Assembly: GCA_963810815.1 (NCBI GenBank)
Contig: CAWEPB010000002.1
Span: forward strand, 80,940 to 144,939
Source of the DNA: an uncultured beta proteobacterium
GTDB lineage: Bacteria; Pseudomonadota; Gammaproteobacteria; Burkholderiales; Casimicrobiaceae
Direction: 5' to 3'
Length of the DNA stretch: 64,000 nucleotides
Shown here in pieces: positions 36,655 to 47,714 of this stretch; within the stretch, counting starts at the first letter, position 1, and every line of letters starts with the position of its first letter. The position numbers were made by a program, and so were the translations under genes. The notes beneath the pieces were generated by a model. The model saw only the letters and a list, made by a program, of their open reading frames with translations, did no database searches and was not told the DNA's origin.

Positions 36655-36676
36655 GGCGGACCGCATGCGGTCCGCC
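36655..36676. repeat. Perfect 22-bp palindrome GGCGGACCGCATGCGGTCCGCC in the cyt b / NapC-like spacer
   Basis: Read directly. Located in the 154-nt gap between two co-oriented genes. No strong U-tract follows on the minus strand (TTCGCGTATCC). Confidence 0.6.
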
Positions 36677-36729
36677 CCAGGGACCCGCGACGGCCGCCGG
36701 CGCGCCGGCGAACGCCACGCGTCAGAGTA

Positions 36730-37608
36730 CTAGAAGATGCTGTACACGATCAACACGACCGTGATCACGCCGAGGACCAGCGCCGTGCCGCCGACGACCC
36801 AGCCGAACCATTTCGCTTCCGCGGTCGGCGCCGTCGTCTCCTTCGCCGCCAGCTTGCCGTCGCGGATCAGCCGCTGGAGTTCGATCTGCCGCTCCTCCTT
36901 CAGCTCGTGCTCGGAAATGCGGCCGGTGAAGATCACCGTGTCCATCGGGAACTTCTCCGGCCGCAGGTGGCCGTTGAAGAAGTGGAAGGTGAAGATGAAG
37001 CCGACGGCGAGCAGCGCCTCCTCGCCGTGGACCAGCGACGCGACGTTGAACATCCAGCCCGGCAGCAGCCTGGAGAAGAACACGGGGAACCACAGCAGGA
37101 GCCCGGAGCCACCGATGATGAACATCCCCCAGAACACCGCCCAGTAGTCGAACTTCTCCCAGTAGGTCCAGCGGTCGAACTGCGGGCGCGGGCCGCGGCC
37201 GACGAACCACTTGAAGTTGCGCCAGATGTCGACGATGTCCTGCGGCTGCGGCACCATCGAATCAGGACCCCACAGCATCGCCATCACCCGGCCGCCGCGG
37301 ATCGCCTTGGAAAAGACGAGCACGACGTGGCTGACGAACACCACGATCATCACGAACGCGCAGATGCGATGGATGAGGCCGGCGCCCTCGAAGCCGCCCA
37401 GCAGCCGCGCCAGCGTCTGCGCCCACCCCTGCTCGGCGTAGATCAGCGGCAGGCCGGACAGCGCGCAGCCGACGAACGTCAGCATCAGGAGCGCATGCAT
37501 GACCCGCTCGATCGGCGTGAACCGCCGATAGTAGCGGTGCGCGGCGCCGGCAGCGCCAGCCTGACCGCCGACCACCGCGGCGGCGACGTTACCGGAAGCG
37601 ATCGACAT
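36730..37608 (-). CDS. Integral-membrane cytochrome b-like subunit (HydC/FdnI / Ni-hydrogenase-b-type-like)
   Basis: ATG at 37608 shares its A with the TGA stop of the upstream cytochrome gene (TGATG). At least 4-5 hydrophobic helices carry conserved His (HALLMLTF, HRICAFVM, HGEEALLAVGFIFTFHFFNGH) plus a C-terminal extra TM. 292 aa. Confidence 0.8.
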   Translation of the reverse strand: MSIASGNVAAAVVGGQAGAAGAAHRYYRRFTPIERVMHALLMLTFVGCALSGLPLIYAEQGWAQTLARLLGGFEGAGLIHRICAFVMIVVFVSHVVLVFSKAIRGGRVMAMLWGPDSMVPQPQDIVDIWRNFKWFVGRGPRPQFDRWTYWEKFDYWAVFWGMFIIGGSGLLLWFPVFFSRLLPGWMFNVASLVHGEEALLAVGFIFTFHFFNGHLRPEKFPMDTVIFTGRISEHELKEERQIELQRLIRDGKLAAKETTAPTAEAKWFGWVVGGTALVLGVITVVLIVYSIF

Positions 37609-38843
37609 CAGTGCCTCTCTTGGCTGTTGCCGCGACCGCGGGCGAGCCGCTCCCGCAGCGAACGGTAGAACCAGAATACGGTGTGCACCCCGAAGAACGA
37701 GAACACGCCGAGCAGCAGGACTTCCATGAACCGCGCCGCCCAGAAGTAGAGGGGGCTGCGCGCCTTGTCGTGCTTGTTCGCGTGCGGATCGAAGCTCGCG
37801 AAATTGGCGCTCGCACCCGGGTGGCATTTCTGGCAGGTCTGCAGCCGGTTCTGCGGTGACACCATCGACGCCGGATTCGACGCCGGCAGCACGTCGTGGG
37901 CGCCGTGGCAGGACGCGCAGGTCGCCATCCGGGCGTACCCCAATGCCGTGACCTGGCCGTGGAACGTGTCGCGGTAGGTCTTGACGTAGTCCGCGTGGCA
38001 GGTCCCGCACTCCTTGATCACGTCGAGCTGGAACTGCGCCGCACCGTGCTGCTGGATGCCGTGCGCGCTGTGGCAGTCGGAGCATCCGGGCGCCGCCAGC
38101 ACGCCGTCCTGCCGCAGCTTGCCGTGCATGCCGTTGTTCCAGGCGTCGAATTCGGGCTTGTGGCAGCTGCCGCAGGTCTTCGGGATGTTCGCGCGGGCGA
38201 CCTTGCTGGCGGGATCGGACTTCGGCCGCATGTCGTGCGTGCCGTGGCAGTCGGTGCACTCCGGCGCCGAGGCCCGGGCCGCGCCCTTCAGCGCCTTGCC
38301 GTGGATGCTGTCGTCGAACTTGCCGCCGATGTTGCCGCCGGGCAGCCCGGCCTTGGCACCCTCGGCGCCGTGACAGCGCAGGCAGGTGGCCTGCAGATTG
38401 GCGTGGTTGGTCCGGGACTCCGGATCCTTCGACGGCCTGATGTCGTGCGTGCCATGGCAGTCGGTGCAGCTTGCCGCCGCGTCGTTGCCGCCCTTGCGCG
38501 ACACCCCGTGCACCGTCGTCGCGTACTCCTTGACGGCCTTGTCGTGGCAGTTCGCGCACTGCACGGGCTTCAGCTTCTCGGCATGCGGCACCTTGCTGGC
38601 CGAGACGTCGGCGTGGCAATCGGTGCACTTCAGGGTCGCGGCGCCGTGGACGGACGCCGCGAACTTCGCGCCGTCGACGGCGATCGACTTGCCGGCAGTG
38701 CTTTTCGCGTCCTTGTCGCCGTGACACATCAGGCAGGTGTCGTTGGCGTTCGGCGCCGGCGCGGCCGGCGCGGCGATCGCTGTGGCGGCAACGCTGGCGA
38801 ACAGCATCGCGAACAGCGACCGGCAAAGCTTGGGGGCAGTCAT
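37608..38843 (-). CDS. Periplasmic undecaheme cytochrome c with C-terminal TM anchor
   Basis: ATG at 38843. Signal peptide MTAPKLCRSLFAMLFASVAATAIAAPA. 11 CXXCH sites: CLMCH, CTDCH, CANCH, CTDCH, CLRCH, CTDCH, CGSCH, CSDCH, CGTCH, CASCH, CQKCH. Repeated CxxCHGxHD paired-motif pattern. C-terminal TM FMEVLLLGVFSFFGVHTVFWFY. Confidence 0.8.
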   Translation of the reverse strand: MTAPKLCRSLFAMLFASVAATAIAAPAAPAPNANDTCLMCHGDKDAKSTAGKSIAVDGAKFAASVHGAATLKCTDCHADVSASKVPHAEKLKPVQCANCHDKAVKEYATTVHGVSRKGGNDAAASCTDCHGTHDIRPSKDPESRTNHANLQATCLRCHGAEGAKAGLPGGNIGGKFDDSIHGKALKGAARASAPECTDCHGTHDMRPKSDPASKVARANIPKTCGSCHKPEFDAWNNGMHGKLRQDGVLAAPGCSDCHSAHGIQQHGAAQFQLDVIKECGTCHADYVKTYRDTFHGQVTALGYARMATCASCHGAHDVLPASNPASMVSPQNRLQTCQKCHPGASANFASFDPHANKHDKARSPLYFWAARFMEVLLLGVFSFFGVHTVFWFYRSLRERLARGRGNSQERH

Positions 38844-38950
38844 GGTTGTCCCTGTGACGCTCGGTTGCGCCGCCACCCCGGGATGCAAGCACGGCGCTCC
38901 CGTCCCAGGTCGGCGCGGATGGAGGATCGCACGGCCCCCTTTCGGGGGCG

Positions 38951-38964
38951 TTGACGTGGATCAA
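38951..38964. promoter_or_regulatory. FNR-type box TTGAC-GTGG-ATCAA
   Basis: 9/10 match to TTGAT-N4-ATCAA. Centred about 114 nt upstream of the undecaheme cytochrome start codon and 38 nt after the stop of the upstream YdiJ-like gene. It abuts a GCCCCC-TTTC-GGGGGC hairpin (38934-38949). Confidence 0.4.
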
Positions 38965-39001
38965 TCGGTGCCGCGGGGCCAATGGCGCCGGTTGAGGCGC
39001 G

Positions 39002-41929
<2,928 letters not shown>

Positions 41930-42174
41930 GTTTCCTCCCCGGCTCCGGCGACACGGACGTGCCCGCTTGCTGCGCGCGCCGCGGCCAAGTGGTGCAGTCT
42001 CGGCCGCGGCCCCGGCCGCCGGTTTGACCGAGGTCAAGCGCGGCGCCGCCGGACGGCGCCAACCGGCGCCTGTCCAGGCAGGGGCCGCCCGGAGCGGCAA
42101 ACCAACCGTCTGTAAGGGCGCGCCACCGGACGCCGCGATTTCGCGCTAGTGTAGCGACGGTCGCCGGAACCATC

Positions 42175-42762
42175 ATGCCCCTGATCGCCCCCGCCCACGT
42201 CGGACACCTCGCCATGCTGCGGTCGCTGATCCGCAGGAGCGCAGCCGAGGGCAGCTTCGACCGCGAGCTCGCGGGGGACACGCCACAGGCCGAGGAGTTC
42301 TTCGCCCGGCTCAAGCGCGCGCTGGTCACCGGCTATTTCGTCGAGACCGACGCGCGGACCGGGCGCATCGACACCGTCGCCGTGCCCGGCTATGTGTTCT
42401 GGCCCGACGGCCGCAATACCGGCTCGGCGCCCGCCGGCTTCGGCCTGTTCCGCGCGCTCGAAGACGGCGGCTACGAGCTGTGGCTCGCCGGACTCGAGTT
42501 CGCCGAGCGTGGCGGCGGCCACGGACGGCCGCTGCTGGCATCGCTGCTGGCGACGCCGCCGGGGCAGAAGACCTGGGTCGTGCGCATCGCGCGGGAATCG
42601 CGCTATGCCGCCGCCGTCGCGCACCTGCTGGACGGGCTGGGCTTCGACGTCGTCGGCGACACCGAGCGGCTGCGCTGGTTCGTCCGCCGCGACGCACCGC
42701 CCGCGCTCGCCGCCCGCATCCGCGGCGGCACGCAGGTGCCGTCGTCCCCCGTCATCAACTGA
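42175..42762 (+). CDS. Hypothetical protein, possibly GNAT-fold
   Basis: 195 aa. ERGGGHGRPLL resembles the acetyl-CoA pyrophosphate-binding loop (R/Q-x-x-G-x-G/A). There is otherwise no motif I can name. Confidence 0.5.
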   Translation: MPLIAPAHVGHLAMLRSLIRRSAAEGSFDRELAGDTPQAEEFFARLKRALVTGYFVETDARTGRIDTVAVPGYVFWPDGRNTGSAPAGFGLFRALEDGGYELWLAGLEFAERGGGHGRPLLASLLATPPGQKTWVVRIARESRYAAAVAHLLDGLGFDVVGDTERLRWFVRRDAPPALAARIRGGTQVPSSPVIN

Positions 42763-42866
42763 ATCGCCCCCCCGGGCGCCTGCGCCCGAAGGCGCCGGCC
42801 GGTTTCGTTCCGGCGACCGGCCGCTCGTGCTAACGTGGTCGCATCGTCGCCCCCCGTCCGAGCGCC

Positions 42867-43670
42867 ATGCCCGCCGAGTTCCCACCGCCGCCGTCCACGC
42901 CGCCGCCGGTTCCCCCGCCGCCCCCCGTGCGTCCGGCACCCGTCAACGGACGAGCCGTCGAAGCCGGCCGTGGTGCGGCGTGGTGGAGCGAGGGCTGGCG
43001 GCTGTTCCTGGCGGCACCCGCGGTCTGGATCGGCCTCCTCGTCGTCTACGTCCTCGTCGTCGTCGGGCTGTCGATGGTGCCATTGCTCGGCCAGATCGCG
43101 TCGGGCCTGCTCGCGCCGGTGCTCGCCGCCGGCGTCATGGTCGGCTGCCGGGAGCTCGATCGCGGACAGCCGCTGCGCATCGCGCACCTGTTCGCCTGCT
43201 TCGACGACCGCCTGGTGTCGCTGCTGATCGCGTCGGCCGTCTACCTCGGCGCGTGGATCGTGCTGTGGCTGCTCGCGGGCCTGTTCGTGTTCGGCGCCGC
43301 GGGCGTCGGGTTCGCCTTCTCGCTGCTCGCGGGCGACCCGTCGGCGCTGGTGTCGTCGGCGCTGTCCGGCCTCGGCCTCGGCGCGCTCGTCGCCATGCTC
43401 GTCGTGCTGCTGCTGTCGATACCGCTGATGATGGCGTTCTGGTTCGCGCCGGCGCTGATCGCACTGCGTGGCGACGAGCCGGTCACGGCGATGACGGCAA
43501 GCTTTTCCGGCTCGCTCGCCAACGTCCTGCCGCTGTTCGTCTACAGCCTCGTCGGGCTGGTGCTGGCGCTCGTCGCGTCGATTCCGTTCGGGCTGGGCTG
43601 GCTGGTGCTCGGGCCGATGCTCGCCGGCTCGGTCTACGCGAGCTGGCGCGACATCTTCGCGCCCGATTGA
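42867..43670 (+). CDS. BPSS1780-like polytopic membrane protein with poly-proline N-terminus
   Basis: N-terminus MPAEFPPPPSTPPPVPPPPPVRP. Then GAAWWSEGWRLF and 5-6 TM helices. Paralogous to 48710..49552, sharing the pattern ...FWFAPALI/V.... Confidence 0.7.
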   Translation: MPAEFPPPPSTPPPVPPPPPVRPAPVNGRAVEAGRGAAWWSEGWRLFLAAPAVWIGLLVVYVLVVVGLSMVPLLGQIASGLLAPVLAAGVMVGCRELDRGQPLRIAHLFACFDDRLVSLLIASAVYLGAWIVLWLLAGLFVFGAAGVGFAFSLLAGDPSALVSSALSGLGLGALVAMLVVLLLSIPLMMAFWFAPALIALRGDEPVTAMTASFSGSLANVLPLFVYSLVGLVLALVASIPFGLGWLVLGPMLAGSVYASWRDIFAPD

Positions 43671-43685
43671 CCGCCGTGCCGGCCG

Positions 43686-46445
43686 TCAGTGCGCCTGTTC
43701 CCAGTTGGGGCCGGCGCCGACATCGACGACGAGCGGCACGTCGAGCCTGGCCACACCGGTCATCTTGCCCGGCAGTTCGCGCTGCACCGTGGCGAGCTCG
43801 GCCGCCGGGACCTCGAGCACCAGCTCGTCGTGCACCTGCAGGATCAGGCGGCTCGACAGCCGCGCCGCGTCCAGCCAGTCCTGGACGGCCAGCATCGCGA
43901 GCTTGACGAGGTCGGCGGCCGTCCCCTGCATCGGCGCGTTGATCGCCGCGCGCTCGGCGCCGGCGCGCCGCGGCCCGCCCGCCGCCTTGATGTCGGGCAG
44001 CCACAGCCTGCGGCCGAAGACCGTCTCGACGTAGCCCTGCGCCCGCGCCCGCTCGCGCGTCCGCTCCATGTAATCGGCCACACCGGGATAGCGCGCGAAA
44101 TACTTGTCGATGAACTGCTGCGCCGCGGCGCGCTCGATGCCGAGCTGCTGCGCGAGGCCGAACGCGCCCATGCCGTAGATGAGGCCGAAGTTGACGGCCT
44201 TGATGTAGCGGCGCTGGTCGGCGGTGACGTCGGCGAGCGGCACGCCGAAGATCTCGGCGGCGGTCGCGCGATGGATGTCGGCGCCCTCGTGGAAGGCGCG
44301 GACCAGCGCGGGGTCCCCCGACAGGTGCGCCATGATCCGCAGCTCGATCTGCGAGTAATCGGCCGAGACCAGCACGTGACCCGGCGGCGCGATGAACGCC
44401 TCGCGGATGCGCCGGCCCTCCGCGGTGCGCACGGGAATGTTCTGCAGGTTGGGGTCGCTGGACGCGAGCCGCCCGGTCACCGCCGTCGCCTGCGCGAACG
44501 TCGTGTGCACGCGGCCGGTGCGCGCGTTCACCATCTGCGGCAGCTTGTCGGTGTACGTCGACTTGAGCTTCGACAGCGCGCGGTGCTCGAGCAGCACCTT
44601 CGGCAGCGGATAGTCGGCCGCCAGCTCCTGCAGCACCTCCTCGTCGGTCGACGGCTGACCGGTCGCCGTCTTCTTCACCGTCGGCAGTCCCATCCGCGTG
44701 AACAGGATCTCGCCCAGCTGCTTCGGCGACGCGAGGTTGAACGGCTGGCCGGCGATCTGGAACGCCTGCTGCTCGAGCGCGACGACGCGTTCGCCCAGCT
44801 CGCGGCTCTGGCGCGCCAGCAGCGCCGAGTCGATCAGCACGCCGGTGCGCTCCATCCGGAACAGCACCTCGCGCACCGGCATCTCGATCGCCGCGTAGAC
44901 GTGGAGCAGCCGCGGATCCTTCGCGAGGCGCGGGTGCAGCGCGTGGTGCAGCTGCAGCGTGATGTCGGCGTCCTCGGCGGAATACTCGGCGGCGGCCTCG
45001 ACGGGGACCTGGTCGAAGCCGATCTGCGAGGCACCCTTGCCGGCGACGTCGGCGTAGCTGATCGTCTTGACGTCGAGGTGCCGCCACGCGAGGTTGTCCA
45101 TGTCGTGCGGCTTGTGCGACTCGAGCACGTACGACTCGAGCAGCGTGTCGTGCGCGACGCCCGCCAGCGCGACGCCGTGGTTGGCGAGCGCGTGCTGGTC
45201 GTACTTGACGTTCTGTCCGAGCTTGGCGCGGGACGGATCGGCGAACCACGGCGCCAGCGTGGCGAGGGTGCGGTCGCGATCGAGCTGGTCCGGCGCGCCG
45301 GTGTAGCGATGCGCGAGCGGGATGTAGCACGCGCGGCCAGGTTCGACGCAGAACGAAAGCCCGACGATCGACGCCGCCATCGGGTCGAGGCTGGTCGTCT
45401 CGGTGTCGAAGCACACCAGCTCGGCCGCGGCGAGCGCGTGCCGCCAGCGCTCGAGCGCGGCTTCGTCGACCACCGTTTCGTAGTGGCGCGGCGGGTGCTT
45501 CTTCGGCGCGTGGGCCGGAGGATCGTCGGGCGCGAACAGGCGTCCGGTCTCGCGCGCCGCCGCGGCGGCGATGGCGCCGGCGGGATCCGCCCTGGCCGAG
45601 TCGCTCCTGCGGTCGCGCAGCCAGCTCCTGAATTCGAAGCGCTCGAACAGCGCCGCGAGCGCGTCTTCGCGCGGCGGCGAGATCGCGAGGTCGGCGGGCC
45701 CGACCGGCAGCGCGCAGTCGGTCTTGACGGTGAGCAGCCGGCGCCCCTGCGGCAGCCACTCGCGCGCCGCGCGCAGGTTCTCGCCGACGACGCCGCCGAT
45801 CTCGTCCGCGTGGGCGACGATGGCGTCGAGGCTGCCGTACTGCGCAAGCCACTTGGCGGCGGTCTTCGGGCCGACCTTCGCCACGCCCGGCACGTTGTCG
45901 ACGGCGTCGCCGGTGAGCGTGAGGAGGTCGAGCACCTGGTCGGCGCGGACGCCGAACTTGCCGACCACGCCGGGCTCGTCGAGCGTCTCGTTGCTCATCG
46001 TGTTGACGAGCGTGATGCCGGGGCGCACCAGCTGCGCGAGGTCCTTGTCCGACGTCGACACGACGCAGTCGATGCCCTGCGCGGCCGCCTGCGTGGCCAG
46101 GGTGCCGATGACGTCGTCGGCCTCGACCCCGTCGATCACCAGCAGCGGCCAGCCGTGCGCGGTGACCAGTTCCTTCAGCGAGGGCAGCTGCGCGACGAGG
46201 TCGTCGGGCATCGGTGGCCGGTGCGCCTTGTACTCCGGATACCAGTCGTCGCGGAAGGTCCTGCCCGGCGCGTCGAGCACGACGGCGAAGTAGTCCGGCT
46301 TGCCGTCCTCCACCATTCGGCGCAACATCGACACGACCCCGCGGAGCGCGCCGGTGGGTTCGCCGCGCGACGTGCGCAAGTCCGGCAGCGCATGGAACGC
46401 GCGGTAGAGATACGATGAACCGTCCACCAGCACGAGCTTAGGCAT
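43686..46445 (-). CDS. polA: DNA polymerase I
   Basis: ATG at 46445 gives MPKLVLVDGSSYLYRAFHALP (5'-nuclease domain). 3'-5' exonuclease and polymerase motifs (DYSQIELRI, QVHDELV). 919 aa. Confidence 0.95.
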   Translation of the reverse strand: MPKLVLVDGSSYLYRAFHALPDLRTSRGEPTGALRGVVSMLRRMVEDGKPDYFAVVLDAPGRTFRDDWYPEYKAHRPPMPDDLVAQLPSLKELVTAHGWPLLVIDGVEADDVIGTLATQAAAQGIDCVVSTSDKDLAQLVRPGITLVNTMSNETLDEPGVVGKFGVRADQVLDLLTLTGDAVDNVPGVAKVGPKTAAKWLAQYGSLDAIVAHADEIGGVVGENLRAAREWLPQGRRLLTVKTDCALPVGPADLAISPPREDALAALFERFEFRSWLRDRRSDSARADPAGAIAAAAARETGRLFAPDDPPAHAPKKHPPRHYETVVDEAALERWRHALAAAELVCFDTETTSLDPMAASIVGLSFCVEPGRACYIPLAHRYTGAPDQLDRDRTLATLAPWFADPSRAKLGQNVKYDQHALANHGVALAGVAHDTLLESYVLESHKPHDMDNLAWRHLDVKTISYADVAGKGASQIGFDQVPVEAAAEYSAEDADITLQLHHALHPRLAKDPRLLHVYAAIEMPVREVLFRMERTGVLIDSALLARQSRELGERVVALEQQAFQIAGQPFNLASPKQLGEILFTRMGLPTVKKTATGQPSTDEEVLQELAADYPLPKVLLEHRALSKLKSTYTDKLPQMVNARTGRVHTTFAQATAVTGRLASSDPNLQNIPVRTAEGRRIREAFIAPPGHVLVSADYSQIELRIMAHLSGDPALVRAFHEGADIHRATAAEIFGVPLADVTADQRRYIKAVNFGLIYGMGAFGLAQQLGIERAAAQQFIDKYFARYPGVADYMERTRERARAQGYVETVFGRRLWLPDIKAAGGPRRAGAERAAINAPMQGTAADLVKLAMLAVQDWLDAARLSSRLILQVHDELVLEVPAAELATVQRELPGKMTGVARLDVPLVVDVGAGPNWEQAH

Positions 46446-47169
46446 GCGTCCTACCAGCAAGATTCCCGAACTTGTCGATCCGCAGGCGATGTACACGAGC
46501 AACGGGCAGGAAGCCTGGCGGTTGCTGGGGATTATGGCAGAGTTCGCGAGCGCGACCGACCGGCTGCGCGGCATCCGGCCCGCCGTCAGCGTGTTCGGCA
46601 GCGCGCGGCTCGGTCCCGACAATCCGTGGTACTCGAAATGCGAGACCATCTCGCGGCTGCTCTCCGACGCGGGCTTCGCCGTCATCTCCGGCGGGGGGCC
46701 GGGCCTGATGGAGGCCGCCAACCGCGGCGCCCACGGCGGCCGGTCGCCGGCCATCGGGCTCAACATCGAACTTCCGCACGAGCAGGGCGGCAACGAATTC
46801 CAGGACGTCGGCATCCGCTTTCGCTACTTCTTCGCGCGCAAGATGATGTTCGTGCGCTTCGCCTCCGCGTACGTCGTCCTGCCCGGCGGCTTCGGCACGC
46901 TCGACGAGCTGTCCGAATGCCTGACGCTGGTCCAGACCGGCAAGTCGCGCCGCATCCCGATCATCCTGGTGGGCGGTGATTTCTGGCGCGGCCTGATCGA
47001 CTGGATGCGCGAGCGCCTCGTCGGCGACGGGTTGATCGGAGCACAGGATCTCGACCTGATGCGCGTCATCGACGACCCGCCCGCGATCGTCGAGGCGATC
47101 TTCGATTTCTACGAATCCCGCGGCTTCACCCCGACGCGCGCGGAGCGCGACAGAATGCTGCACCTGTAG
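46444..47169 (+). CDS. LOG-family (TIGR00730) Rossmann-fold nucleotide-binding protein
   Basis: Motifs VSVFGSARL, GGGPGLMEA and PGGFGTLDEL. An alternative ATG at 46489 would remove the overlap with polA. Confidence 0.85.
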   Translation: MRPTSKIPELVDPQAMYTSNGQEAWRLLGIMAEFASATDRLRGIRPAVSVFGSARLGPDNPWYSKCETISRLLSDAGFAVISGGGPGLMEAANRGAHGGRSPAIGLNIELPHEQGGNEFQDVGIRFRYFFARKMMFVRFASAYVVLPGGFGTLDELSECLTLVQTGKSRRIPIILVGGDFWRGLIDWMRERLVGDGLIGAQDLDLMRVIDDPPAIVEAIFDFYESRGFTPTRAERDRMLHL

Positions 47170-47230
47170 CGGGGCCGTGAAGGGGCGGCGGGCGGCGCGC
47201 TCTGCTAGAATCGGCATCACGGATTCCGCC

Positions 47231-47644
47231 ATGGCCTGCCACCTCCCCGCTCCCGTGTTCCGCCCCGCGTTCCCTCGGGCCGCGGCTCGCGCATCGGCGC
47301 TCGCCGCCGCCGTCTGCCTGTCGCTGGCGGTGTCGGTCGCCGGGCCCTCCGGCGTGGCGCTGGCCCAGCCCGTGCCGCCACCGAAGCTCGAGCCGCTGCC
47401 CGAGATCCCGCCGCCCGACATCGCCCCCGATCCGGAGCTCGAGCCGCAGGTGACGATCACGCGGCGGGAGAACGAGACGATCGAGGAGGCACGCGTCGCC
47501 GGCAGGGTCGTCTGGATCAAGGTGACGCCCCGTCACGGGCGCCCGTATTTCCTGGTGCCCGGCCGCGACGGCGAGACGTACCTGCGTCGAGACAGCCTCG
47601 ATTCGGGGCTGCGCGTCCCGCTGTGGATCCTCTTCTCGTTCTGA
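47231..47644 (+). CDS. DUF2782-like secreted protein
   Basis: ATG at 47231. Signal peptide ...AAAVCLSLAVSVAGPSGVALAQ. Pro-rich linker, then TITRRENETIEE...VWIKVTPRHGRPYFL. Sits between polA and thrB as in many proteobacteria. Confidence 0.6.
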   Translation: MACHLPAPVFRPAFPRAAARASALAAAVCLSLAVSVAGPSGVALAQPVPPPKLEPLPEIPPPDIAPDPELEPQVTITRRENETIEEARVAGRVVWIKVTPRHGRPYFLVPGRDGETYLRRDSLDSGLRVPLWILFSF

Positions 47645-47714
47645 TCCGAAGGCCCGACTCCGTCCCCCGCCACGAACCCGTCGGCGCGCACGTCGCCGCG
47701 ATCCGCGCTGCCTG

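Noticed and set aside
43689-46418. 909-aa plus-strand ORF antisense to polA, and the 43483..45852 minus-frame ORF.
   Set aside because: polA is clearly encoded in the 43686..46445 frame. The alternatives are Arg/Asp/Gly-rich with no recognisable domains.
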